From the NCBI RefSeq assembly GCF_009914755.1, contig NC_060925.1: a stretch of 64,000 nt of DNA. The stretch is one strand, 5' to 3'. A program made the translations under genes and the position numbers. Below the pieces are notes generated by a model. It did no database searches. It saw only the letters and a list, made by a program, of their open reading frames with translations, and was not told the DNA's origin. This document shows positions 14,042-26,153 of the stretch, in pieces (positions within the stretch are counted from its first letter, which is position 1; each line of letters opens with the position of its first letter). The DNA is from the human T2T-CHM13v2.0 reference genome, Homo sapiens.

Positions 14042-14529
14042 ATATAAGTCAGAGGGTTCTCCAGAGAAACAGAACCAATACGATATATGTTGGTTATATA
14101 TAGAAATGTGTATATGTATGTGCACACACACATATATGTGTACACACACACACATATATATATGTGTACACACACACATACATGTGATTGTTGGGGTACA
14201 AAGTCTGAAATTTGTAGGTCAGGCTAATAGCTGGAAATTCAGGTAAAGGTGATGATGTTGCAGTCTTGAGTCCGAATTCTGCAGCAAGCTGGAAACCCAA
14301 GCAGTCTTGAGACAGAATTCCCTCTTCTTTGGGAAATCCGTTTTTGCTCTTAAGGCCTTCAACTGATTAGATGAGGCCTATCCACATTATGGAGGATAAT
14401 CTGCTTTACTCTGATTTAAATATTAGTCACACCTAAAAAATACCTCCACAGCAATATCTGGACTGGTATCAGACCAAACAACTAGGTATCAAAACTTAGT
14501 CAAGTTGACACATAAAATTGACCATCACA
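14042..14529 (-). mobile_element. ERVL solo LTR MLT2 (MLT2D-like) with internal (TA)/(CA) microsatellite
   Basis: gggttctccagagaaacagaaccaata...ttaaggccttcaactgatt.gatgaggcc...caagttgacacataaaatt.accatcaca. Confidence 0.88.
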
Positions 14530-14878
14530 GGCAGATATTCAATATGTGTTTGATGAAGTCATTTATGGCCCACATTAATATGTATATAATTACTTTTATA
14601 CTTTACAGATTTATTAGTTGTCCTACTTAGTTAGCTCTTTTAAAAGCCGTGGTGTGATTAGGAACTATTAGGAAATAGGAAAAGGAGGAAACTTTAGAAA
14701 ACAGTAGAGGTGAATAACATTGGCAACAAAAGTCTCCAGTAATATTATAATGGGAGTTGTGGCCACTATATGTCCTCTCTCCCTCTTTTCATCTACCTAC
14801 TTATTCTTAAAATTTTAAATAAATTTAAATAAATTTAAAGAAACTTTAAGCTGATGTTTCATATCTCTTGTCTTTGCA

Positions 14879-15172
<294 letters not shown>

Positions 15173-15249
15173 TTGTCTTTCCATTTTTTATATTGCATCT
15201 CTATAGAAAACAAACAGTAATTTGGAGAAGGCGGTTGAGAAAGTTCCCA

Positions 15250-15900
15250 AGAACATAGAGGAAAAGGATAGTGATAATTTTCCTTATTCTTGCCTCTAAT
15301 GCAGATTTTCTACTGGAAGATTCCATTTTAGATGTCCTGCCCTTTTTCCCTAGTTTCCTTTTCAGCTCTTCCTTTGCTTCATAGTATTCTACCCCATGTA
15401 TCCCTGCCTTGGTTTCATGAAGGACTAGCAAATATTTTCCAGTATTTTAAAAATTTTCCTGTAGAAACATTTTTGAGCTGTGATCTGAATATTCTGGGAT
15501 ATACCTTTTTTTGGTATAGAGTTTGTTTTCTCACAATCCCCAGTACTTTCCCCTTTCTCATTTTCTAAGCATTGGGGGGGCATCCATCCAAATGAGGCAT
15601 TTGCCACTAGATTGGGAGGTTCGTGAGCAGGCCTAAAGCCCCTCATTGTTCACTTGGGTGAAAACACTTTGGACTGTTAGAGTCACATGGCTACGGGTGG
15701 AGGGCCGTCTGCTGGGCTCAGCCTCTGGCCTTGTGGAGGATGGGGTCCCTGGCTGTGTTGGAGAGTGGGGAGGAGGCTGCAGTGGTTCCTGTGACATGGT
15801 AGATCCTAAAAGTCAATGCACTTCCATGTGTCTTCTCCCACAACTTTTCCTGACTCCTTCCTTGCCTTTCTGCAAGGGAGAAAAGTCTCCCTTCTTTTCT
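15250..15900 (-). mobile_element. Possible very old L1M/HAL1 5'/ORF1 remnant
   Basis: A-rich minus strand with aaatattt...catgaaacc.aggcagg, resembling HAL1/L1ME ORF1 starts; weak, from memory only. Confidence 0.25.
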
Positions 15901-16625
15901 GCAGGAGACTCTATATCCCAAGATGCGAGATTCTGCCATTTAATCCTTCAAACTCATGTGCTGCCTCCATAGGAATGATGTCAAGCAGGCATTGCTGGGC
16001 AGCAGTTATTTCTGGAAGCTCAGGGGGCAATCCAATGCCACTGAAGGGTGGCCGGAGACTTTCTTGGTCAATGCACCTTTCTTGATTAGTGCACCCTGGG
16101 GTTGGGAGCAGACACTGGGATCAAAGTCCTTCTCTATCATTTTCAAGGTCCTCCATATTGTTTGGATTCAAAAGATACTATGTGTACATCCTAAGAGTGT
16201 GCTTTTAAATCTATCCTCGCTTATTTTAGCAGTTAGTGGAGCCTCCTCCTTGAACATCGCCTATGATTACCTGTCATGATCAGCTTTCAGGGCTGTTGCC
16301 AATTTTTGTCCTTTTGTGAATCTTTTTGATTACTTGGATCAGAAGTTGAAGAGTGAATGGGCATTACAGGCATTGCTCTATGCCCCCGTCTTTCTCCTGG
16401 AGTCCTGTCTCCTGTATTGAAAAGAGTCAGTGAGAGGAGAGTAAAAGTCTGATCTTGTTTCTCTTATTTTCTTGTCTAAAAGTTTTTGTTAAAATTGTGT
16501 CATTTACTAGAAAAACAATGTCCTTTCTCTCTAATCTCCTCTCATTTGCTGTTTTGAATTTGAATTTTTGTCCTCATTTTCAGTTGTGAGCCGTAATCTC
16601 TTCCTAGTAATTCTGAATCGGTGTT

Positions 16626-16702
16626 AACAGAGTGGCTAATGCACTGATAAGCAGCTGATTTAGAATCAGAAGGTCAAGGGTGGAATCATCTCGCAGTTGC
16701 CA
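16626..16702 (+). pseudogene. Degenerate tRNA-Arg(TCG)-like sequence ending in CCA
   Basis: Hand alignment of about 54/76 identities to a remembered tRNA-Arg-TCG: GTGGCTAATG..GATAAG, CTGA-7nt-TCAGAAG anticodon arm, AGGGT..GAATC, TCG..GT.GCCA. Confidence 0.45.
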
Positions 16703-19364
16703 TGATTTCTCTTTTCCTCAGTATATTGGAACAGGGACCATTTCACATTTTTCTTCCTACCCTGCTTGCCTAGCACGGTACCTGGCACAAAGTAATAGGT
16801 CAAGACACGTAGAATAAATACTCCTTCTAGGCACTCTCTTTACAGGTGGCCTTTTTTAAAATTTTTTTCTGTCCTGGAGATTTATCCCATACTATTTGCA
16901 TCCTGGAGTCTCTGTGGCCCTAATTATTCTTCTCATTCAAAGCTCTTCTGGAAGCTGACTTCTGTAAAATCTGCCCCTTCCATGGGGAAGGGGGATGGAG
17001 AGAAAGAAGATAAAGGAGAAGAGACTAAAGGAAAAATACAGGAAGAAGAGAGGAAGCTGTGCATTCCTTTATACAAACGCCTCTCCTCAGTGACAGTTTA
17101 AGCTGTTGTTACCTTTGAAAAAAATCATCCCTGTTTATAACCATTAATAAGTGATGGCCATAAACTACAGAGCAACGAGAGCACCAGTAAGGTTTGAGGA
17201 GCAAGATTGAAAGCCATCTCGACAGAAAGTCAACTGCATCATTTTTAAGTGAGCACAGCTCCAAGCAACAGCAGATATTTAACAATTAATAGTGGGTAGA
17301 TAAAATGCCCCACTGCTCTGCCCGAATATGACCTGGACACTTATAAGCAGAGATGGAAACCATTCGGGGGACTTAGAAATTCTGGTCTTTGACCTACAGG
17401 TCTGTAATGTATCAGCCAAACTTTTACATGATGATACATTTGTTTGTATAATACAGAGTGAGGTCAGGTGGGACCATCCCTTCCAGCTACTTAAAATGTC
17501 AAAGGCCAAATTCTGCACTATGATGAGCAGTTATCAGAACTCCTAGCCCAGCCTGTCAATAGATTCTTGCCTCCTTCTGTTTTTTTTTTTGTTTGTTTGT
17601 TTTTTAAAGCAACATATAGTTGTTTACCAGCTGCATACTATTACTAGATTCCAGCCTCTTTGCTTTTACATCTATAGGTTTGGTCAATTATTGCAATAGC
17701 TTTTTGGTCTTGCTAAGAAAAGCCATTTAAATTTTTCAAGATTTCCACAGACAGGTAGTGATTAGAATATATTGTCAAATCCCTTCTTTTTTTTTTTTTT
17801 TTTTTGTCACATAGCTCACCTGCCAACTTGTTCTTGTTAATTCATCTCTTCCAGCTTATGCTTGTTTCTACACTTAGTTGTGGGAAGATGAGGTGACTGA
17901 GCCTGAATAGGAGATAGCAGCGGTAGCTGAAGCAAGATGAAAATGAACGATATTTTCAAATCCTAAGCAAGGCGGCAGAGGCTAATAATTACATTAAAAA
18001 GGCCCTCTGTAGGTAGGTGCAAATAGGCTAGTCTAAACAAGTGCCGCTGTTTTAATATGGGCTGTTGGAGAGATGTCATTACCTGACGAGACTGCCACCT
18101 TTCACCTCTAGCCATTGTGATCCGTTAGGTCTCACTAACGGGGAGCGTGAGGAACTTGTTTGCAGGGGATTTGTTGTCTCACGCTCAGAGGCAGCTGAGA
18201 GACTTGCCAAATGACAGGAAGACGCTTACATTCACAAGGTGTGATTGCCTAAGTGTTTGTCTGTGTCTAATTAGTTTGCCTTTGCTGGTTGGTAGCTCCA
18301 CAGCAAGGAGGCAGATTGACTCTGCAGGCTGTAAGCAAAGAGGGTTGATTGGTGTTGTTATCATTTGTTTATTTAACCCTCCCTCAAACCAGGAAATCTT
18401 CTTTAAAGAAAAGCCTTTTCTGCTGCCTCTGAAAAAGGCATTAAAAAAAAAGAAAGAAAAGAGAAAAAGAAAGAAAGCAGCTGCCACCAAGGCTGAGGTT
18501 GTTACGCTGTCCCCTTTATCGCGTACTGGTAACAGGCAAGTCCACTGGTCACAGATGCTCTTTGTTCAAGAGAACACGCACAACGTTTTGCTCGGAGATG
18601 ATGGACTTGATGCTCACATCCTTTAGACTGAGGAGGAGAAGATTAATTTGAGACCAATGCTGCTTTTTCTCTCTTCAATTTTATAAACAACAGAGGAAAG
18701 AAAAGCAGTGGTCTGGGCCCCTGCTGCTGCTGCCTTCTAGAGCTGCACACACCCTGCAGAAATATGTGCCGAGAAGTTAATTTAAAGCGGGGAATTTGGC
18801 TTGAGTCTCGTTGGTTGCCTTCCTGATGTGCATCGGTGGGTCTGCCATAACAACTACTGTTGACAGACATTCCTGGGCCTTAAATCTTTTGGGTTTGGGG
18901 TGCCCTTTTAGATCAGGCCCTAGGGAAGCCATGCCCCCTTCCTTACCCCATGTGCACTTGTCCTCAAAGCTGCCTCAAATGTGAGCCAGAGCTCAGGGGA
19001 TCATTACTTCAGGTAGGTTTTTACAAGCGATCAGGTTTCCCAAGGACACAGCTTAACATCAGTTCATACCCTCAGATATTTGTTTGGCTAGCAAAGATGA
19101 TACAAGAATTGTTATTTTCTTTTTATGGGTTTGCTTTTTCCAATATGTGTGAGCTCCTCATTAAGGCATCCTGCCTTATTAACCTAACACAGTAACCAGC
19201 ACTAAGTAGGTCCTGAGTAAACACATCCTGAATAAATGAGCAGGGTTATAGGAATCAACAATCATATTCACTTATATTTTATTTTTCAGCTCAATTTCTT
19301 CAAATGTTCTTTGTTACCTGTTAGAGGACATGGTGTGCCTCCTGTCCCCCAGGACAGATTACAA

Positions 19365-19605
19365 TAATAGCTAACTTTTATTGAGTGTCTACTATGTCCC
19401 AGGCACTGCAATAACTTTATATATACCATCTAATTTAATCCTCACAGTAACCCTCTGGGCCAGGTGCTATCGTCATTTCCATTTTATAGATGAGTACACC
19501 AGGTCTCCATGACTCTAAGTAACCTGTCCAAGGTCATACAGCTGCCACATGGTGGACCCAAGACTTAAATGTAGTTCTGCCTGACTTGGAAATCTGTGCT
19601 TATAA
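19365..19605 (-). mobile_element. MIR
   Basis: aataatagctaac.ttt.attgagtg.ctactatgt.ccaggcactg...tttaatcctcaca..aaccct...ccattttatagatgag...aaggtcatacagct. Confidence 0.88.
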
Positions 19606-20937
19606 CTAGAAAGGATATTCCTTATGGCTCTGTGTGTGCACTGAGGGCCATGTGGCAATCGTGACAACCCAACCACAAAGAAAGGCAAGAACAAAGCTCA
19701 GAGAGAGTGAATTGTGTGCTACGGCACATTGCTAGAGTCAACAAGGGTCAAGCTAATGTATGAAGCTCATGATTTAGAGTAAGTGGGGACACTTTTGTGA
19801 AATGTATTCATCATTCTGCGAGCTCTGAGTATAGCATGACTTTTCTGGGGAATCTGAGACATCTCATGAAATCAAGGGAGACTTCTCAAAGAAATCATGG
19901 TTTTATTGTTACTGCCATATTTATTTGCTCCCTACTTATAGCTTATACTTTTTAACAGGCATATTTTGGAGAGGAAGCGCTAGCACACAAAAAGCCACAG
20001 GCCAGAAACAAAGCCAATAAGCCCCAAAGGAATGACAGAAATGGAGTGTGGTGGGCAGAGGGAGTAAGCAGTGTTTGTCTGAGGAATGAAATGGCACTAT
20101 TAAAAGGGTGGACATTGAGCGGGAGGCAAAGGAGCAGAACAGCAAATGGCAGAAGAAATGTCAGGGCATCCAGGAGTTCAAAGTCCCTCTCATGTTAATG
20201 TTGCCACCGAGAGAGGGCCTAGGCATTGCTCTTACCCTCTTAGCCGTGTCCTTGCTGCACTTAGGAATTCACATTTCACAGCAAGCTCAGTCTCCTCAGT
20301 CCTCACTTCTTGCAAGAACTGTTTGCACAAGATTAGAGAAATAAGTATAATTCAAGAAGAAAATAAATAACAAATATGCATACGAAGCCTTGCCAAATCT
20401 CCATGGGAGGCAACAGGAAGTTTTCTTGTAGCTCCTCTCTTTGTAGTGCTCTCTGCTGAGCTGCCGCTGGCCACTAGAATGTGCCTTCATCATTGAAATC
20501 AGTGGGCTGTCCCCAGAATGCTGGATCACCTGGCAGGGGAACAGGGGTGAAGACAGCTGTTCTATTTCTGCTACTACTGTCACCCACTTCTTTGGGCAAC
20601 CATGCCATATCATTTGCTCACTTGATAGTCTTGGAATTTTAGAGGTGGATTCTTACATGGTTTGGTGTCTAGTTCCTTCAGCCCAAGGGCAAGCTCGGGG
20701 TAAGAGATGTCTGGAATGATAGTGTCATTTATTTTGTGTATACTTATTTTATATTATTTTTAAAATAATTCATTTTAGAGCATTTGTAGTGTTAGTCCAT
20801 AACTCATAGGAAAGTAAAAAGCAAAACCAAATAACAAAAACTTTTTCTTCACCACAGATAGTTTGAAAAGCACTCATTTGGAGTACTTCTAAGTCTTTGC
20901 AGGGTTGGAGAAAGGAAAAATTTTCAGATCTTTTCTT

Positions 20938-21092
20938 CTATCTCTCTCTCTATCTCTCTATCCCTATCTGTGTGTGTGTGTGTATTTTTCTGTACTATTG
21001 GAATGTATTTCCTCCCCTGACCTAGCTGCCTTCTTTTGTTTATACATACAAGCATGCGCACACACACACACTCACACGCACACATACACACA
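20938..21092. repeat. (TC)n(TG)n and interrupted (CA)n microsatellites
   Basis: Directly visible at 20938-20982 and 21057-21092. Confidence 0.85.
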
Positions 21093-21238
21093 TCAGCATT
21101 CACTGTTACCTGACTCATTAGGCTTAAGATTTGACTTTCACTTTCTCTAACAATCGACCAAATGAATCCACGGCTATAGTAATCTTTCTTTGTTTATTTC
21201 AATGCCTTTCTTAGGAATGAATCAAAGTACTATTTGTT

Positions 21239-21352
21239 GCTGGGTGCAGTTGCTTCTGCCTGTAATCTCATCTACTTGAGAGGCTGAGGCAGGAGGATCG
21301 CTTGAAGCCAGGAATTTGAAACCAGCCTGGGCAATGTAGTGAGACCCACACA
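21239..21352 (+). mobile_element. Free left Alu monomer (FLAM_A-like)
   Basis: gctgggtgcagt.gc...gcctgtaatc.ca.ctact.g.gaggctgaggcaggaggatcgcttga...ccagcctgggcaa..tagtgagaccc; no right arm. Confidence 0.85.
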
Positions 21353-21513
21353 AAAGAAAGGAAGAAAAGAAGAAAGAAAGAGAGACAGAGAGAGAGACAG
21401 AGAGGAAGGAAGGAAAGAAGGAAGGAAGAGAGAGAAAGAGGAGGGAGGGAGGAAGGAAGGAAGGAATGAAAGAAGGAAGGAAGGAAAGAAGGAAGGAAGG
21501 AAGAAAAGAAAAG
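21353..21513 (+). repeat. Polypurine (GAAA/GGAA/GA) compound microsatellite derived from the FLAM tail
   Basis: About 160 nt of almost pure A/G on one strand. Confidence 0.9.
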
Positions 21514-22174
21514 CAAATGTAAAAAATTGTGTTAAATTGTGATTATTTTATATGAAAAGGAGCCTGTTTAGCATACATATAAAACTGGCAGGTTGCCAAA
21601 ATAAAAAAAGCTGCCCGGACACCTCTAAATGGGTCAATGAACCATAAAAAAAAATCTCTGGAATAAACAGAGGGAAGAAACCCAGTCCAGTCTCCTGCCA
21701 CCATAACCTGAGACTGTATTTTCCAAGTTGAGTGAATTTCATTCATTAACTTACTCAATAAACATTCATTAAACAGCCAATCTAAGATGAGAAGTGAGTT
21801 CGAGCCCATTGTTTTCATAAGTGCCTCCAGACTTCATGGTGGTTCTCTAGAATTTTCTTTCTTCTTGAGAAGACACATCATGTGGTCTCCTCCCAACCCA
21901 AGCCAAGACTGGCAGAATCCACAGCTGATTCCTGAGCTGTTGGGGAATACAGAAGTTTTAGTAGGGTATTGAAGAAGAATGCCTGTGGACTGCCTATGAC
22001 CTATGAATGAATGAATCATGAATAGTCTTAGGCAAGATACAAGGGTTTGTGAGTTAGAGTTGACAGTGGGCTAAGAGGTGACCTTGGAAGGTAGTTGGGA
22101 GCATGAGCTCTGGGTAGAAGTGGGGTTTAAGGGTTTGTAAAGGGAAAGTCTATATTTTATTCTGCATACTTTTG

Positions 22175-22600
22175 GTAAGTGCTTATTTGCCAGATCCTGA
22201 TCTAAGTGCTTTACACACATTATCTTATCATCCTGACCACACAACAACCCCGTGAAGTAGGCATTATTGTTATACCTAGTTTACAAAGAAAAGAATGGAG
22301 ACCTGGGGAGCTCACACAGCAGAAGAATGATGGGGAAGGATACAAGCCCAGACTATCTGACCTGAGCGTCTAAGTCCAGGGCCAGTGCTTCTCAGTCTTT
22401 AACACACATAAGAATCATTTGAAACACTTATTAAAACACAGATTCCTGGACTCCAGCCCTAGAGATTCTGACCATCAGTATGTCTAAGTGGGATCCAATG
22501 TTTAGCATTTCTAACTAGCTCCCTGGTGACGCTGATGCTGCTGGTCCTTGGACCACACTTGGTGTTATTGTGAGGCCCATACTGTTAACCATGAAGGCTG
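22175..22600 (-). mobile_element. MIR interrupted by MER5A
   Basis: ctaagtgctttacacacattatct.at...cacaacaaccc.gtgaagtagg..ttatt; the MIR head (gccca.act.ttaacca) resumes after 22570. Confidence 0.75.
22383..22570. mobile_element. MER5A hAT-Charlie MITE
   Basis: cagtg.ttctca...agaatca...aaaacacagattcctgg...agagattctga...gcatttctaac.agctccc.ggtga.gctgatgctgctggtcc.tggaccacactt. Confidence 0.88.
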
Positions 22601-22665
22601 TCTCTAACCTTCATCTCTCTACCTCCCCTCTATTGCTCTTCCAGCACAGAGGGCACTAACCCTGC

Positions 22666-23014
22666 TGCAATTGACTGAATGTTTGTTCCTCCCCAAATTC
22701 ACATGTTGAAATCCTAACTCCCAATATGATGGTTTTAGGGAGTGGGGCCTTTGGGAGGTAATTAGATCATGAGGGCAGAGCCTTAAGAATGGAATTAGTG
22801 CCTTTATAAAAGAGACCCCAGAGAGCTCTCTTGCCTTCTTCCTGCTATGTGAGGATATAATAAGTCGGTAGTCTGCAATCTAGAAGAACCTCACCATGCT
22901 GGCACCCTGAACTCGGAATTCCAGCCTCCAGAATTCATGAGAAACAAATTCCTGTTGTTTATAAGCCCTCAAGTCTAATGTGCTTTGTTATAGCAGCCTA
23001 AGCTGACTAAAACC
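22666..23014 (+). mobile_element. MaLR solo LTR (MLT1A0-like)
   Basis: tgc.at.gactgaatgtttg...ggggcctttgggaggt.attag.tcatgagggc...ttccagcctccagaa...tttgttatagcagcc; TSD cctgc/actgc. Confidence 0.88.
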
Positions 23015-24169
23015 ACTGCTTAGTTCTTTAGGTTTGCAAACCCAAGTCTCATCCTGGCTACTTCTCTAGTAAATCCAGCGGTGAAAATTTCACAATACCT
23101 TTGTCTTTGTGTGTGCTGGGGAGGTAGAGGTCCAGGCAAAATAGAATTCATTGCTTTGTGTTCCAAGTTACTGATCCAAGTAAACACATTTTGTACCCTG
23201 CACTAACCTTACCTAATGCAAAGCAAGGCATCCAAGAACTGCTGGGGTTCCTGTGGGAACTGGCATCTCAGGAACTGCTTTCCAGCCTGCCCACTGGGTA
23301 TGGGCCACCACAACACTACTAACAGCACACGTATGGACACCAATGATTAATCTTGTAAATAACTTTGTAAAATACTCCTGCATGTGGCTTAAACATTGCT
23401 TGTAGCTCCTCACCACCGGAGAGTTTGTGGATCCCCAGAGTGTACATTTCAAGGTTCAATTTTCATTCCCTTTTTCTTCTGAAATAAACAGATTGAATTG
23501 GCTTCTTGCAGTGTGTCACCAGGTCTTTCCATCCAGAAGTCTGCAGAGGCTTTGCAAAGCCCCTCCCAAAGGAATGAATTCTGCAGTCCTGGCAGGAGGA
23601 GATGGTTTGAGCCCTGACTCAGCACCACCTGCCTCTTACTCTTCTGGGTTTTCAATCCCTCTGCTGCTAAGCCCTGAAGAATATGCTGACCTCCCTTCCT
23701 GGAGGTGCTGCAGGGATGGTAAATAAGCAGAGCACCTGAGAAACACCAAGTGCTGCCCAAGAATGTGTGATGACCTTACATCATGCCACCATGGCTGCCC
23801 CTGCCTCGGCTGCCCTGCAATAAAGGAAAGTACAATAAATCACACCCATACAGACACAGTAAGGAGTTCATGTTCCTCCAGCCATTCTTTCTAGTGTGTC
23901 GGGGTAAAGCCTTTCCACAGACAGGGAAGGACAGTATTTTCTTATAAAAATCAAAGAACACACAAAACAAACAACACATAGAAGAATATGGTAATTTTCA
24001 TTTAGTGTATAAAGAGCCTAACTCAAGTTCAAGGGTACTTCTTTTCCAGTCTACAGATTGCATTATAAGTATATCAGGAAAAAATGTACGTCCTGGTGAA
24101 GGAATGGGGGGTGACAAGTGCAGAGAATCAAACACACCTGCAGTAATGGGCTGCCTCCCCCAGACTCAG

Positions 24170-24420
24170 TCGATTTGTTGTTTGATTAATTTCCTTGATA
24201 TGCCTTTACTTAAAAACATTTATTGAGCATTTGTTATGTTCCTAGCGCTGGGCTAAGCCCTGGGAATTCAGGAATAAAAACAGCACAGCCTCTGTTCTTA
24301 AAGTGCTCTAGCTTGGATGGAGCATACAGACAAGTAGAAAGAGGAAGCAGAAACCACTGTGCTGAGGCTCACACATAAGACCTGGTGTTGTGGGAGACTC
24401 CCTTCCATCTGGGGGAGCTT
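24170..24420 (-). mobile_element. L2 3' fragment
   Basis: aacatttattgagcat.tg.tatgt.cc.agc.ctgggctaagccctgggaattca. Confidence 0.65.
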
Positions 24421-24986
24421 GGGGGCTGAATATGTGAATTCTGAGGTTGAAACTTTCTTTCCTGGATCTTGAACCAGAAAATAGACTTGTGTACGCTAGG
24501 CCTGTAGTGAATTCCTAACATGACCCTGGTACACAGGGAGGAAAGGTTTCCTCACTTCACACTGTTGTGGCATTTAAGTAACTGGCAGAACTGCTGGGTA
24601 CATGCTCTGACCACTGGGAATGGACTTCAACATGGTGCTGGGTATTTAAAATACATTTATTGTTGTCAAGGCCTTTTTAAATGTGTGGGGTCCCACTGAG
24701 GGCTTAGAAGGCCTGGAGAATGGAAAAGATTGGGAAAATGAGAGGAAAAAAAGACTGAGTGGGTATTGGGAATAAAAAGCCTGAAGAGTCAGAGATGGGA
24801 TATGGAATCTGGGGACTAAGGTAGCCATGCACCCATAATTTACTGCATGAGATCACCTCCTGTGAAAATAGCTGCAGGCTAAGGAAAGTGGTCTTCTCCT
24901 TAGAGTGCTGGGAGGAGATGCCCCCGTCCCCATCACTCATGGTATAGGGTACTGAACAGGTTATGTAATTACTCTCTGATACCCAC

Positions 24987-25187
24987 CAGTGTTTCTCAAG
25001 GCATGATACTGAGATCCCTTCCCCACCCCCATTAACTGAATCACCAGTTGCCTGACACAAATACAGATTCCTAGGCCCACTCACTCTAAAACCAGTGGTT
25101 AAGTTTTGGGTGGGGCAGGGACCTTGGAATCTATATTTTAATGAACACAAGGTGATTCTAACACTTCCTGAAATCTGAGAGCTACTG
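24987..25187. mobile_element. MER5-family hAT MITE
   Basis: TIR-like ends cagtgtttctca ... tgagagctactg; aaatacagattcctaggcccac; ggtgattct. Confidence 0.75.
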
Positions 25188-25451
25188 ATTTGGTATAGCT
25201 ACCATTAGCTATTTTATATGATTTTGTGATTGAATCATGAAATGTTAGCCATCCAAGGCAAAAGATCCTTATAAATACAAGAACATCATTAGGTCTCTAG
25301 TATTACAATTGTTCTGATGTGGGTATCTTCAAAAATGATTTCAGTGGGCTTGTTAGAAAATTCTTTCCATCACAGTCATTGTTCTGTCTGCTAGTAAAAT
25401 ATACTCCTGTGATTTTTGCTGATAATAGCCATTCTTTTTCTGATTTCCTGT

Positions 25452-25690
25452 AGGTACAGCCGCATCATGGGAAGAGCTCAGCCTTTAGAATCAGGCCAAG
25501 TTGGGCTATGTCCTAGCTCTGCCACTTACAAACTGTGGGACTCAGACATGGAATTTCCCTCTCTGTCCCTTAGTTTTCTCATCTATAAAATGGCAACCAT
25601 AATGCCTACTTTGTAAGGCTATTGGGAGAATTAAGAGTTCATCTGACAGTGTCTGGCACATAGGCACTTGACAAATATTTATTATTACAA
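25452..25690 (+). mobile_element. MIR
   Basis: cctagctctgccactta...ctgtg...agttttctcatctataaaatgg...gtctggcacatag. Confidence 0.82.
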
Positions 25691-26115
25691 AGTCTTTGAA
25701 ATTGCATCTTTCCCTTAAATTTGACAACTTAGTGGCAGGTTACTCTTTTATAATCTTGACACAGCCCCACTGTGCAAAGCTCCCTGATCTCAGCTTCACT
25801 AATTTGTCATGTGAAATGACTGTGATGAAACAAATTGTAATTACATAGAAAGATCACTTAGAATGTTAGAGTAGCTGCTGTTGCTTGTTTCTGTGCTGTT
25901 TTACTTGCATACTAATTGACACTGCCTCCTTAGGTGACCAGGTCAAATGCCTAGGACTGTGTTAACTATTTTCCAACAGCTAACATAAGCAAGAAACAGA
26001 GGAGCAGGGTGACTGCTTAAGCTAAAGGAAGTTATTTCTTCACCAATTTTTGCCACTTTTTAAATTTTGTGATCAATTATCAATTCAGTGGAAAAATGTG
26101 AATAGTTGCCATGTA

Positions 26116-26116
<1 letters not shown>

Positions 26117-26152
<36 letters not shown>
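26117..26152. repeat. (CA)n microsatellite
   Basis: Directly visible. Confidence 0.95.
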
Positions 26153-26153
<1 letters not shown>

